DNA from: Candidatus Thorarchaeota archaeon
Lineage (GTDB): Archaea; Asgardarchaeota; Lokiarchaeia; Sigyniarchaeales; SOKP01
DNA: 59,501 bases
Assembly (NCBI GenBank): GCA_048883045.1
Contig: JBHLRA010000003.1
Coordinates: forward strand, 1 to 59,501
Direction of reading: 5' to 3'
Shown one piece after another: positions 8,292 through 16,976 of the stretch. Under the pieces are notes generated by a model. It did not search any database. It saw only the letters and a list, made by a program, of their open reading frames with translations, and was not told where the DNA came from. The translations under genes were made by a program, and so were the position numbers. The first letter of the stretch is position 1, and the number at the start of each line of letters is the position of its first letter.

Positions 8292-10043
8292 CTACTGTTC
8301 TGTTTGATCTACTATATAAAAATAAGAATTCATTCCGCTTATTTCATTTATTATATAGCCTTCATTGGGATGTGTTAAATCTCCATTTACGGTTTGCAAC
8401 CAATAATATGACCCATCATTAGGATCAATTCCGCACAATAAAACCGGATTACCATTATCTGAATATAAAACAAATCCAGGGTATGTTCCAAATCCCCACA
8501 TCTTATTACAATTTGCATGGGGCTCATATTCTCTGTATAATATTTCTTTACCTGTTATTGCATACTCTAAATTATCGCCAGTATACCAACTAAAATATCC
8601 ATAATTTGGTTCTAATCTTTCTCCTGTTAATAATGGAACCATATAATAACAACTTCCAGTTCCATAATACCATAAATTAGGATTAGGTTCACCAAAATCA
8701 CTTAAGTAAGTTTCATAATTTTCTACACCAAGTGATATAGTCCTATAATATCCATTAACAAAAGTGATAAAAGACATTGTATCTTTTGGAATCCAAAAAT
8801 CAAAAAATTTTATAAGAGGGGTTTCTCCTGAACAATAAGTCCCAGCTAAAAATAATCTTTTCTGACTAATAGGCATTTCTTTAGATTCTAGATAAACACT
8901 ATCTCTTGTATAAATACAAGATTCCAAAAGAACAAAAGGATCATTATAATAATCTGATGATGCTATTTCTTTGATTCTATTTAATCTCATCTCATCAGAT
9001 CTCATAGAAATTACTTTTACGATAGTATTTTCAGGTAACCATGGAAATTGTTCACCGATGGTATAATAACAATAAGATAGATAGATATCATTTTCAATCA
9101 ATTTTACATCAATACTTATTACACGACCATCTATATTAAAAATATATGTGGGTATAATTTGATTGAATTCCAAATCTAAAACTTTAACTATTATCTTGTC
9201 TTTTTCATTATCAATATAATCTAATTTTTGAGTAGCTATAATTATTATATCATTTTTAACTTCTATACCAATGTCAAACTGATTGTCATAATATTGACTT
9301 ACATTTAAATATTTTGTTTTTATATATTCTCCTGCTGTATTATATTTCTTTATAGCTATAAATTTGAGAGGATGTATATTACAATCGAGAGCAACATATA
9401 CATAATTGCCTGAGACTTGTAAATCTCTAAAAATTGGATCAAGAATTTGTGTTATTATACTCCATTCAGGACCGTAATAAAAGTGATTATATGATAATTT
9501 GTATAATATTGCACAATTGCTTTCATATTCACTATAACCTAAATAAATATCTCCATTATCCGCAATTATAGTTTTTAAATTAAATACATCATGATTAATA
9601 TACCAATTAGATATACTGGTATATTGCGATATAAAATCTAATGTTATATAAGTTCTGATTGGTCTATAAATTAGATGCCCCTCAAATAATCCAGTTTTAT
9701 AACCTGATAAAAAAATAAAATTTAAGATTACTTTCATATCAGTATAATGTATTTCACTATTAGGATCTGCAGGGATATTTATATCTTCTAAAATCATATT
9801 AGTAGATTTGTCTATTTTTGATATTTTATGAGTATATGGTGATTTATCATTCGATGTTAAAAGAAATAAAAAATCATCATATTCAATTGTTTTAATTGTA
9901 ACTCCATTTCGATTATAAGTAAATTCTCGTTCGGGTGTCTCAACAAAATATGCATGGCATATATAACGAGATAGAGAATTAAACAAAAACATTAAGCTTA
10001 AAGCTAGGATTACAATTAAGATTAATTTACTACAACTACGCAT
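8292..10043 (-). CDS. Large secreted or membrane-anchored Tyr/Asn-rich protein, unknown function
   Basis: The track ORF starts at TTG 10058. ATG at 10043 (MRSCSKLILIVILALSLMFLF, signal/TM-like) has GGAGG 7 nt upstream. 583 aa, beta-rich and Y/N/I-rich. Confidence 0.6.
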   Translation of the reverse strand: MRSCSKLILIVILALSLMFLFNSLSRYICHAYFVETPEREFTYNRNGVTIKTIEYDDFLFLLTSNDKSPYTHKISKIDKSTNMILEDINIPADPNSEIHYTDMKVILNFIFLSGYKTGLFEGHLIYRPIRTYITLDFISQYTSISNWYINHDVFNLKTIIADNGDIYLGYSEYESNCAILYKLSYNHFYYGPEWSIITQILDPIFRDLQVSGNYVYVALDCNIHPLKFIAIKKYNTAGEYIKTKYLNVSQYYDNQFDIGIEVKNDIIIIATQKLDYIDNEKDKIIVKVLDLEFNQIIPTYIFNIDGRVISIDVKLIENDIYLSYCYYTIGEQFPWLPENTIVKVISMRSDEMRLNRIKEIASSDYYNDPFVLLESCIYTRDSVYLESKEMPISQKRLFLAGTYCSGETPLIKFFDFWIPKDTMSFITFVNGYYRTISLGVENYETYLSDFGEPNPNLWYYGTGSCYYMVPLLTGERLEPNYGYFSWYTGDNLEYAITGKEILYREYEPHANCNKMWGFGTYPGFVLYSDNGNPVLLCGIDPNDGSYYWLQTVNGDLTHPNEGYIINEISGMNSYFYIVDQTEQ

Positions 10044-10069
10044 TACTACTACCTCCAAGGTTTTAGATT

Positions 10070-10822
10070 TTATTTTACGATCAAATCAGAATTGACTTGA
10101 TCTATTTGGGCTTGATAATCAGAAGGAAGGGGTAGATTGTGTTTTCGATAAAGTTTCTCATTTATTTTGTTGGATATGATTGATTTATAAATGATGGGAT
10201 ATGATTTAGGAATAGTTAAATGTAATTTAAGAAGAATGTTGCGAAAATATTCATAACATAATAATTCGCGGAAATCAATAAGACAAGCTATATTGTCTGG
10301 ATGAGTGTGCAAGAGCTGATTGGACCGACATAAGATTTCTTGTGTATACCAATAACATAACTGAAAATCTGAGTAATTATGTAAATAATCAGCCAATTTT
10401 GTCAAAGATAAATTACAATCAGACATTAAATACCAATGTATACCCGTCTTTGTCCTTCCCGGGATATCGTCTAATCTATACATAGATAAAGCAACTTGTA
10501 TTGGATCTCTATGTAATATGATAATCTCAATATCACTATTCAATTCCAGCATTGGTTCTATAAATCCCTTACCGAAGCTATGGCATGTCTCTATATAAGT
10601 TGATTTGTTATTTTCTTCTAGTAATTGATCTATAGCATTGAGTTTTATTTTACAGAATTCTTTTACATTAAAATTGTGCCGGGTTTTAAGATAAACAAAT
10701 GCATCAGAAAATAAGGGTTTGGGTTCATGTTCTGCATGGACTTGTGGTAATGGGCGCAATAGTTCTGTTAACAAAGCTGTACCGCTTCTGCCTGTTGTGA
10801 GTGTAAAAATTATACGTTTCAT
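10070..10822 (-). CDS. Sulfotransferase-fold protein (paralogue of 53442..54194)
   Basis: The N-terminus MKRIIFTLTTGRSGTALL resembles the 5'-PSB loop, followed by HEP and HRDP motifs. The track start at 10846 is TTG. ATG 10822 overlaps the stop of micro-ORF 10819..10890 as ATGA. Confidence 0.5.
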   Translation of the reverse strand: MKRIIFTLTTGRSGTALLTELLRPLPQVHAEHEPKPLFSDAFVYLKTRHNFNVKEFCKIKLNAIDQLLEENNKSTYIETCHSFGKGFIEPMLELNSDIEIIILHRDPIQVALSMYRLDDIPGRTKTGIHWYLMSDCNLSLTKLADYLHNYSDFQLCYWYTQEILCRSNQLLHTHPDNIACLIDFRELLCYEYFRNILLKLHLTIPKSYPIIYKSIISNKINEKLYRKHNLPLPSDYQAQIDQVNSDLIVK

Positions 10823-10890
10823 TGACAAATTATTTCGCTTATCCAATAAATTACAACACCTGATATAATACCTAATAAATACATTACCAT
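10819..10890 (-). CDS. Hydrophobic micro-ORF (23 aa)
   Basis: MVMYLLGIISGVVIYWISEIICQ. Starts 2 nt after the upstream stop. Its TGA overlaps the next ATG. Confidence 0.3.
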   Translation of the reverse strand: MVMYLLGIISGVVIYWISEIICQ

Positions 10891-10892
10891 TT

Positions 10893-11615
10893 TTATTTCC
10901 CTCCTTTTTGCAAAGATTCTACAATCTTACATGCAAGTTTCTTGCCAATACCGGGTATTTCTCTCCAATCATCCTCACTAGCCATACACATTTCTAATAC
11001 AGATCCGAATTTATTATTAATTAAACCAGCCTTCTTCCTACCTATCCCGTCTAATTCCTTAGCAACTCGTTTAAGCAATGTTGGCTTAACAAAGCTTATT
11101 TCAGGCTCATGTTCTTGCATCAATGCTCTATGTTCATCATATTCTTTATCTGTCCACCAACTATACAGGCTGGTAATAAATTGAACAGTTTCTTTTGGAG
11201 ATGTAGTAAACCATATCCTAACATTTCCCATGATAGATAAAGTTAATAAATATTTTATTATATGTGAAGTCTTATGAAAACGGTGATCAAATTTATAATC
11301 TTGCCAGCCAGTGTGAGTATACATTTGAACTAAACCATCTGTGGGGGATGTACGCCATATTCCCTCAATGATTATCCAGATATAATTATAAGTTGATAAT
11401 AGCCCTGGAAGTTGATGCCCTACTAAACGCCCAGATGTCATTGAACTTATTAAATCTGACATAACTTTTCGTTCAATAGCTACAGAGACTATGCCAGTTG
11501 GTCCATTGCCAAAAAATATGAAATCACCAAAATCTAAATTGTCTAATTGCGCTGTATTTTTGGGAAAATATTTTAATAATTCCTTTGAGCCTGTGCGATT
11601 ATCTATAATAATCAT
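10893..11615 (-). CDS. ERCC4 (XPF/Mus81/Hef)-type structure-specific nuclease with C-terminal helix-hairpin-helix
   Basis: 240 aa. GDFIFF...VAIERKVMSDL matches the GDx(n)ERKxxxD signature. C-terminal IPGIGKKLACKIVESL is HhH-like. Confidence 0.7.
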   Translation of the reverse strand: MIIIDNRTGSKELLKYFPKNTAQLDNLDFGDFIFFGNGPTGIVSVAIERKVMSDLISSMTSGRLVGHQLPGLLSTYNYIWIIIEGIWRTSPTDGLVQMYTHTGWQDYKFDHRFHKTSHIIKYLLTLSIMGNVRIWFTTSPKETVQFITSLYSWWTDKEYDEHRALMQEHEPEISFVKPTLLKRVAKELDGIGRKKAGLINNKFGSVLEMCMASEDDWREIPGIGKKLACKIVESLQKGGK

Positions 11616-12412
11616 TAACTCAATATCAAACTCTTTAAAGTCTCAAAGCTGGCATCTTCATTCACCAACTCCACACCATCAAATTGAGCTGTATCTCTAC
11701 AATCCAATATCTTGACTATAAAATCACTATCTTTTTTATAGCATTCACAATTAACCTGGACTATGTGTGGAAATTTTCTATAACCATCGAGCAATCTTCT
11801 ACCTGTTTTCATTTCCTTTACCTGCCCATTTGGCATAGTATATTTTTTATATTCGTCTTTCATTTCATGGATAGTTATTAAGTTTTTTATAGGTTTGCCT
11901 TCTTTGCGGTCATATACTGATTTGAATAACGCAGCAAGTTCTATATATACTGGACCATACAAAAATGGATCAACTTGGCCCAATTTACCAAATCGAGCTA
12001 CACAGATTAATTGATAAATTTCCGTAGCATTATCAATTCCAATGGTTTTAATATCATTATCTCTTAAAGCTTCTCGGAAATCAGATTTATAAGTTTCCCA
12101 AATATCAATAGCTTCATCGATATTGTATTTCAAGGGATTACTGGTTTCTGCTTCTGCAGCTTTTCTTGAAATAGCTTTGGATATTTTCTTTATCTCAAGT
12201 GGAATGTGATATTGTTTAAGGTAGATATCTTTTTCTTTTGCAAATTTTTGAGCTACTCCATATGTACCCATATTGGTGCTAAGTAATCCTATTGGCCCCG
12301 GAGCTGTTAAGAGCTGATATGTTCGGCCTTTTTTCTGTTCTCCGCGGTAATCTACTACTAGATTAGGTTCCCGGTGGGTTGTGGCTTTGGTAAAACCTCT
12401 ATTTTGTAACAT
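11615..12412 (-). CDS. Hypothetical protein
   Basis: 265-aa ORF with ATG start. Overlaps the upstream gene by 55 nt. No Walker A motif recognised. Confidence 0.5.
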   Translation of the reverse strand: MLQNRGFTKATTHREPNLVVDYRGEQKKGRTYQLLTAPGPIGLLSTNMGTYGVAQKFAKEKDIYLKQYHIPLEIKKISKAISRKAAEAETSNPLKYNIDEAIDIWETYKSDFREALRDNDIKTIGIDNATEIYQLICVARFGKLGQVDPFLYGPVYIELAALFKSVYDRKEGKPIKNLITIHEMKDEYKKYTMPNGQVKEMKTGRRLLDGYRKFPHIVQVNCECYKKDSDFIVKILDCRDTAQFDGVELVNEDASFETLKSLILS

Positions 12413-13623
12413 TTATTTTCTCCCATTTTTTTTTCTTTTATTAATTCTTTGTATTTTTGGTATGCTTCACTTTTAGGTTGTGCTTGACCTAATCCCTTAC
12501 ACCAGTAATCATTACGTAATAATACCTTACATAATCTCCTCCAAGAAGGTGCCCAACATTTACTTTCCAATTCATAAGGAGCTTCATCTGGTATTTCTTT
12601 ATAACCTCTCTGATGCCATCCCCAAATAAATTTTTTAAATCTATTAATATAATGTTTTTTTGTTTTTTCTGGCATTGTTTGAAGTAATAAATTACAAAAA
12701 CTACGCCAAGTATGATTATTTGGTTTGGTTATTTTGTTATAACCAGTCATATTACCTTTCTCTTGTATATATAATGCACCAGAATTTGCACCGTTGACTC
12801 TAGCAATTAATTTAAACCAAGTATTTGGCTCTAAAATATGATATAACCATAATCCTTGACGTTGATCATCCCCATAAGGTTGGCAAAGTCTTTGTTGGCT
12901 TAATTTTACACCTGCCATATTCATTTTATCATAAATTTTATTATAAGGTTTGTCCTGATGTCTAGCATGATATACCCAAATATCTTCAGTTTTCCAATCA
13001 TAAATAGGATAAATATTGTATGTGTGTTTAGATGTTTTTGTTGTCCAACGGTGATTATTAAACATCAAATCTTTTTTTTCCCAAGTAGCTATTGCACAAT
13101 ATCTATGCAGACTTTCATCCGCTCGTATTCCAACAAAAATAGCTGTGTTTTTTCCTCCACTATACCAATTACCGAATAAAGGCACAAATTCTTCAAATTC
13201 CATAGGAGGGATATAAAAGGAATAGTCATTTTCTGTTTTTGCCCATACTGGTTTTTCTCGCACCCAAATATCTTTCTTGTTTTCTTCCCAACAAATCCAA
13301 CGTGGTTCAAAATTAGAAACTGCATTTCTTAATAACATAGGAACGCAAACCCAATGTGGATCAATATAATCAGAATAAATATTAAATATATTCTTTAAAT
13401 GTGTTATTGTGTCTGCATATTGTGCTTCCATATCAATAAATAATAATGCTACTTTTCTATTTCTTTTTATAGCCTCTTCAAGTACTAGATGTACCATAAC
13501 AGTACTATCCTTACCTCCAGAAAAAGAACATGAAATATGTTCAAAATTATCAAAAACAATACTAATGCGTTTTTTGGAGGCTGTCAAAACATCTGTATTA
13601 TTATACTTTTTTACTTTTAACAT
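12358..13623 (-). CDS. PAPS-reductase-family PP-loop protein (IbrA-like)
   Basis: 421 aa. PP-loop SFSGGKDSTVM near the N-terminus. Long Trp-rich C-terminal extension. Adjacent to a ParB-like gene. Confidence 0.75.
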   Translation of the reverse strand: MLKVKKYNNTDVLTASKKRISIVFDNFEHISCSFSGGKDSTVMVHLVLEEAIKRNRKVALLFIDMEAQYADTITHLKNIFNIYSDYIDPHWVCVPMLLRNAVSNFEPRWICWEENKKDIWVREKPVWAKTENDYSFYIPPMEFEEFVPLFGNWYSGGKNTAIFVGIRADESLHRYCAIATWEKKDLMFNNHRWTTKTSKHTYNIYPIYDWKTEDIWVYHARHQDKPYNKIYDKMNMAGVKLSQQRLCQPYGDDQRQGLWLYHILEPNTWFKLIARVNGANSGALYIQEKGNMTGYNKITKPNNHTWRSFCNLLLQTMPEKTKKHYINRFKKFIWGWHQRGYKEIPDEAPYELESKCWAPSWRRLCKVLLRNDYWCKGLGQAQPKSEAYQKYKELIKEKKMGENKCYKIEVLPKPQPTGNLI

Positions 13624-13624
13624 A

Positions 13625-14773
13625 TCAATACAAACTCATCTGATTAGTAGAAATAGCTTCTTCCATAGAAATTTCTTTTCTACCATTATTAACTAACCAT
13701 TTATTTAAATACTTTAATGCTATTTCATTTGCATGCATTTGCTCTTCCTGTGATAATAAATTAAATCCTCCTCGAAATGTAGCAGGTATACCCGTTGCAT
13801 AACACATTGCTGCTTGTCCCAACCATGCTATTCTATTTAGAGCTGAATTAGTTAAATAATGTTCACATGAATATTTCCATTCAGTTATTACACAGTTTAA
13901 TGTCTCACTAAATATTTCATGATTATTTAAGAAATCATGATAAGCTTGTTCACATTCTTCTTTTTTCATTCCTTCCATAGTTGTAGCATAAAACCCTGCT
14001 TTATAACATTCCCATTTACTATAATGGTGAAAGATTCTATTCTCATCATTTGTATTAATAGTTCTAAATTTTTCAGTTTCACTTTGATCATATGTTGTTA
14101 TATCATCTGATAATTCTTCTTTTTTATCATCAAATTCAGAATCGATAATATCCCATGATTTAGAAAATTCTTGATCTGTAAATAATTTTGCAAGTCCTGT
14201 TATTTGACATAATCTTAATATTTCATCTTCGTCCATTCCTAATTGTTTAGCTATTCTTTCATTAGTCCAATTTCTATTTTTTAATTCTAAAATAATATCT
14301 GACATACCTAAAACTGTATGTTTACCCCTTGCCCTATTATGTCTAATAGTAGAAGCTATTCTATCACCCTTTTCAGATCGTTCATCATTTATTACTGTTA
14401 CAGGTAGATAATCATGAATACGCTTTTTAATCTGTTTATATTCTTTTCCAACTCTATTTCTATGGAATCCATCTATTACTTCATAATGATCATCATTTTT
14501 CCATGCTACTATTGGTTGCGTATATCCATCATTTTCAATAGACACTTTTAATAATTCCATTTCAGGTGGAGCAACAATATTAGGATTATAATCATTTGCC
14601 TTAACTTTATTATTTTTTACCCAAATAACACAATCTACAGGTTCTTCTTTAAAAGGACTTATTTTGTGTAATTCTTTTTTTATTATATTAATATATTTTA
14701 TTTTATCATCTATTTCTAATTTACTTATATCATAAATTAAATCATTTATAGAATTTAAAATTTTATCAATCAT
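13625..14773 (-). CDS. ParB/Srx-fold N-terminal domain protein (IbrB-like) with extended C-terminal domain
   Basis: 382 aa. VIDGFHRNR matches the ParB-type DGxHR motif. HTH-like NERIAKQLGMDEDEILRL. About 170-aa Cys/Trp-containing C-terminal region. Confidence 0.7.
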   Translation of the reverse strand: MIDKILNSINDLIYDISKLEIDDKIKYINIIKKELHKISPFKEEPVDCVIWVKNNKVKANDYNPNIVAPPEMELLKVSIENDGYTQPIVAWKNDDHYEVIDGFHRNRVGKEYKQIKKRIHDYLPVTVINDERSEKGDRIASTIRHNRARGKHTVLGMSDIILELKNRNWTNERIAKQLGMDEDEILRLCQITGLAKLFTDQEFSKSWDIIDSEFDDKKEELSDDITTYDQSETEKFRTINTNDENRIFHHYSKWECYKAGFYATTMEGMKKEECEQAYHDFLNNHEIFSETLNCVITEWKYSCEHYLTNSALNRIAWLGQAAMCYATGIPATFRGGFNLLSQEEQMHANEIALKYLNKWLVNNGRKEISMEEAISTNQMSLY

Positions 14774-15326
14774 TAATCATAGTCCTTGCATGTTCTAATA
14801 ACATATCCCAGTTATTTTGTAATTCTTCATCTGTAAATTCTAATAAAAAAGGTATACATTTAGGCCCTGTAAATTTATAATCCCCCATAATATACAAAAC
14901 ATGAAATCTTGCAATGTTATATCCAGAAACATAACAATACGCTTTAATTTGTACCATCCATTTCCATACATTCCAAGGCTTTGTTTTTGTACTTCTCCAT
15001 GTACATTTATATTCATCAACAATTTCTTGTTCTGGCTTAATACCATCAGGAGAACATGCTATACCATCTTTATGAATTGCTTTTGGCCTAAAACCTAATA
15101 AAGATTTAAATGCTAATGTTAAACATTCTTCCCAAATAAAACCAATAACAGCAAACCAAGGATTACTAAATCCTTTTTTTCTTTCATATTCTTTAGGATA
15201 TAATATTTTTTCTATATCATTTATTATAGCAGTTAAATGCAAATCTTTACTTCTTGGACCTGTTGTATTATATATTTTTTCTACTATATCATTAGCCATT
15301 ATTTCAGGTAATTCAATAGTTGTCAT
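14766..15326 (-). CDS. PD-(D/E)XK-type nuclease (candidate recombination exonuclease)
   Basis: 186 aa. CSPDGI...IVDEYKCTW fits D-x(n)-E-x-K. Confidence 0.5.
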   Translation of the reverse strand: MTTIELPEIMANDIVEKIYNTTGPRSKDLHLTAIINDIEKILYPKEYERKKGFSNPWFAVIGFIWEECLTLAFKSLLGFRPKAIHKDGIACSPDGIKPEQEIVDEYKCTWRSTKTKPWNVWKWMVQIKAYCYVSGYNIARFHVLYIMGDYKFTGPKCIPFLLEFTDEELQNNWDMLLEHARTMIND

Positions 15327-15601
15327 TTAAAATATCCTCTACGTTTCTTCTTAGTATATATTTCACAAGCCACACTTGATCTTTCTTTATGTTGCTGTGC
15401 CACCATCTTATTATTTTTTCTTTGCATGAACCAAACTCTTATCTTATAAAATCTTTGCGGTATCTGAAAATGATAAAATCCCAATGTCAATACCACCAAT
15501 AAACCGTCTAAAATATTGGCCCAACCAGTCAACCAATATAACAACCTAGATAATGCTGGATTTATATTCCCAAAATGTCTTAATTTATATTTTTTAAACA
15601 T
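15323..15601 (-). CDS. Small membrane protein
   Basis: The track start at 15604 is GTG. The adjacent ATG at 15601 has GGAG upstream. Hydrophobic segment LLYWLTGWANILDGLLVVLTLGFY. Confidence 0.45.
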   Translation of the reverse strand: MFKKYKLRHFGNINPALSRLLYWLTGWANILDGLLVVLTLGFYHFQIPQRFYKIRVWFMQRKNNKMVAQQHKERSSVACEIYTKKKRRGYFK

Positions 15602-15610
15602 CACATCTCC

Positions 15611-15646
15611 ACTAAAAGAGGTGGGGGATTTTCACCCCCCAAACCT
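15611..15646 (-). terminator. Candidate attenuator/terminator hairpin after gene 15646..16446
   Basis: AGGT-GGGGG ... CCCCC(C)-AA-ACCT stem (15619..15646), followed on the minus strand by CTTTTAG. G/C-rich stem in an AT-rich context. Confidence 0.4.
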
Positions 15647-16446
15647 CATGATTTAAGTTTTACAGTATTACTGGCTTCATCATATTCATATGGCATATCT
15701 TCAGCTTTAAGTACAGCATCTTGAATAATCTTAACACCTATCTTAACTTGATCAGGATCGCCTTTAAGATCTGGATCACCAAAAACCAAAGGTGATATCT
15801 TATTCTTGAGCAAACCATCCGGATTTTCACTAAGATATTTAATCAAATACTCTTTTGCTCTTTCTACAATTTCATCAGGAGAAGAAGATGCTTTCTGTGT
15901 ATTCTTTGTTGTGCCGGCCTTTTTCTTACCATTAGTTTTTCCGCCTGAAATATGTTCCGGTAATTCATAAATCTTAGTAACAATAGTCACAGAATATTTA
16001 CCGTCTTTTCCTATCGTTGACTTGCCGGAATCAATCTCTTTGGATTCAAAATGGCATTTAAGACCAATCAGCAATTTCTTGACATCTACTTCGCCTTTCA
16101 TGGCACTGGGCGGATAATTTGCATTTTTGATTGACGTGAGAAATTGCATTCCTGCACATTTATCAGAAAATCCACCAAATCCTTCAACAACAGCCTTGAA
16201 TCCGGTTTTACTTTCATTTGGAGCTATTTGATTCGGGGAACCCATTTTAAAAAACTTAGGAACAGGCTCAAATCCTTCCTCCAAATCGACAACAATATTA
16301 AAACCCACCAAGGCCTCACCATTGTTATAATTATCATTTTGGTATATTGTTGTCCCTGCATCAATAATCTTTCCGTCTACATTATCCAGATATCCAAAAT
16401 GTACTGCATCATCTGGATCTAAACTCAATAAAATCTCTTCTGCCAT
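15646..16446 (-). CDS. Hypothetical protein (position compatible with a DNA-binding/recombination partner, not recognised)
   Basis: 266-aa ORF. GGAGG SD. Followed by a hairpin. Confidence 0.5.
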   Translation of the reverse strand: MAEEILLSLDPDDAVHFGYLDNVDGKIIDAGTTIYQNDNYNNGEALVGFNIVVDLEEGFEPVPKFFKMGSPNQIAPNESKTGFKAVVEGFGGFSDKCAGMQFLTSIKNANYPPSAMKGEVDVKKLLIGLKCHFESKEIDSGKSTIGKDGKYSVTIVTKIYELPEHISGGKTNGKKKAGTTKNTQKASSSPDEIVERAKEYLIKYLSENPDGLLKNKISPLVFGDPDLKGDPDQVKIGVKIIQDAVLKAEDMPYEYDEASNTVKLKS

Positions 16447-16484
16447 AATTCCTCCATGGATGGAATAAAGGTTTATAGGGTTGA

Positions 16485-16781
16485 CTAATATTTCATGTTT
16501 TGCCAGGCATCACCTCCCCAACGACGGCCCAGGTTTATAGGGCGTTTGATTGGTATAGTTGCAGGGTTTATTTGTTTCATTATAGGTGTCCAATATTTTG
16601 AGAACAGATAATAACGGGTAAACATGATACCAACCTGTGGCGGTTTTAATTTTGTAGGTAAGTATTGTATATTAGTATATTTGAATGTAGTAAAATCCAG
16701 ATACCAAGTGCAGAACCAATCACAGATATTTGATTTTATGTATGCTAGTTTTAAAAATATGTGCCCGCGTAATGATAACAT
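16485..16781 (-). CDS. Hypothetical protein
   Basis: 98-aa ORF. AGGGAGG SD. Confidence 0.45.
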   Translation of the reverse strand: MLSLRGHIFLKLAYIKSNICDWFCTWYLDFTTFKYTNIQYLPTKLKPPQVGIMFTRYYLFSKYWTPIMKQINPATIPIKRPINLGRRWGGDAWQNMKY

Positions 16782-16805
16782 AATGCTTGCCTCCCTGTAA
16801 AATGA

Positions 16806-16976
16806 TTATGTTAATTTCCCTATATAATCTTTTGTTAATACATAAATATCTGCTTCTTTTGCCAAATCGTTATATAACTCTTTAGCCCATATTTCAGGTC
16901 TAGGTTTCAAATTAGCTGCCACTATTCGTTTTATACTATCTTCTAATATTTCTATTATAAATTCTTCATTAAGCAT
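16806..16976 (-). CDS. Hypothetical small protein (not in ORF track)
   Basis: 56-aa ORF MLNEEFIIEILEDSIKR.... Its ATG overlaps the helicase stop as TAATG. Confidence 0.4.
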   Translation of the reverse strand: MLNEEFIIEILEDSIKRIVAANLKPRPEIWAKELYNDLAKEADIYVLTKDYIGKLT

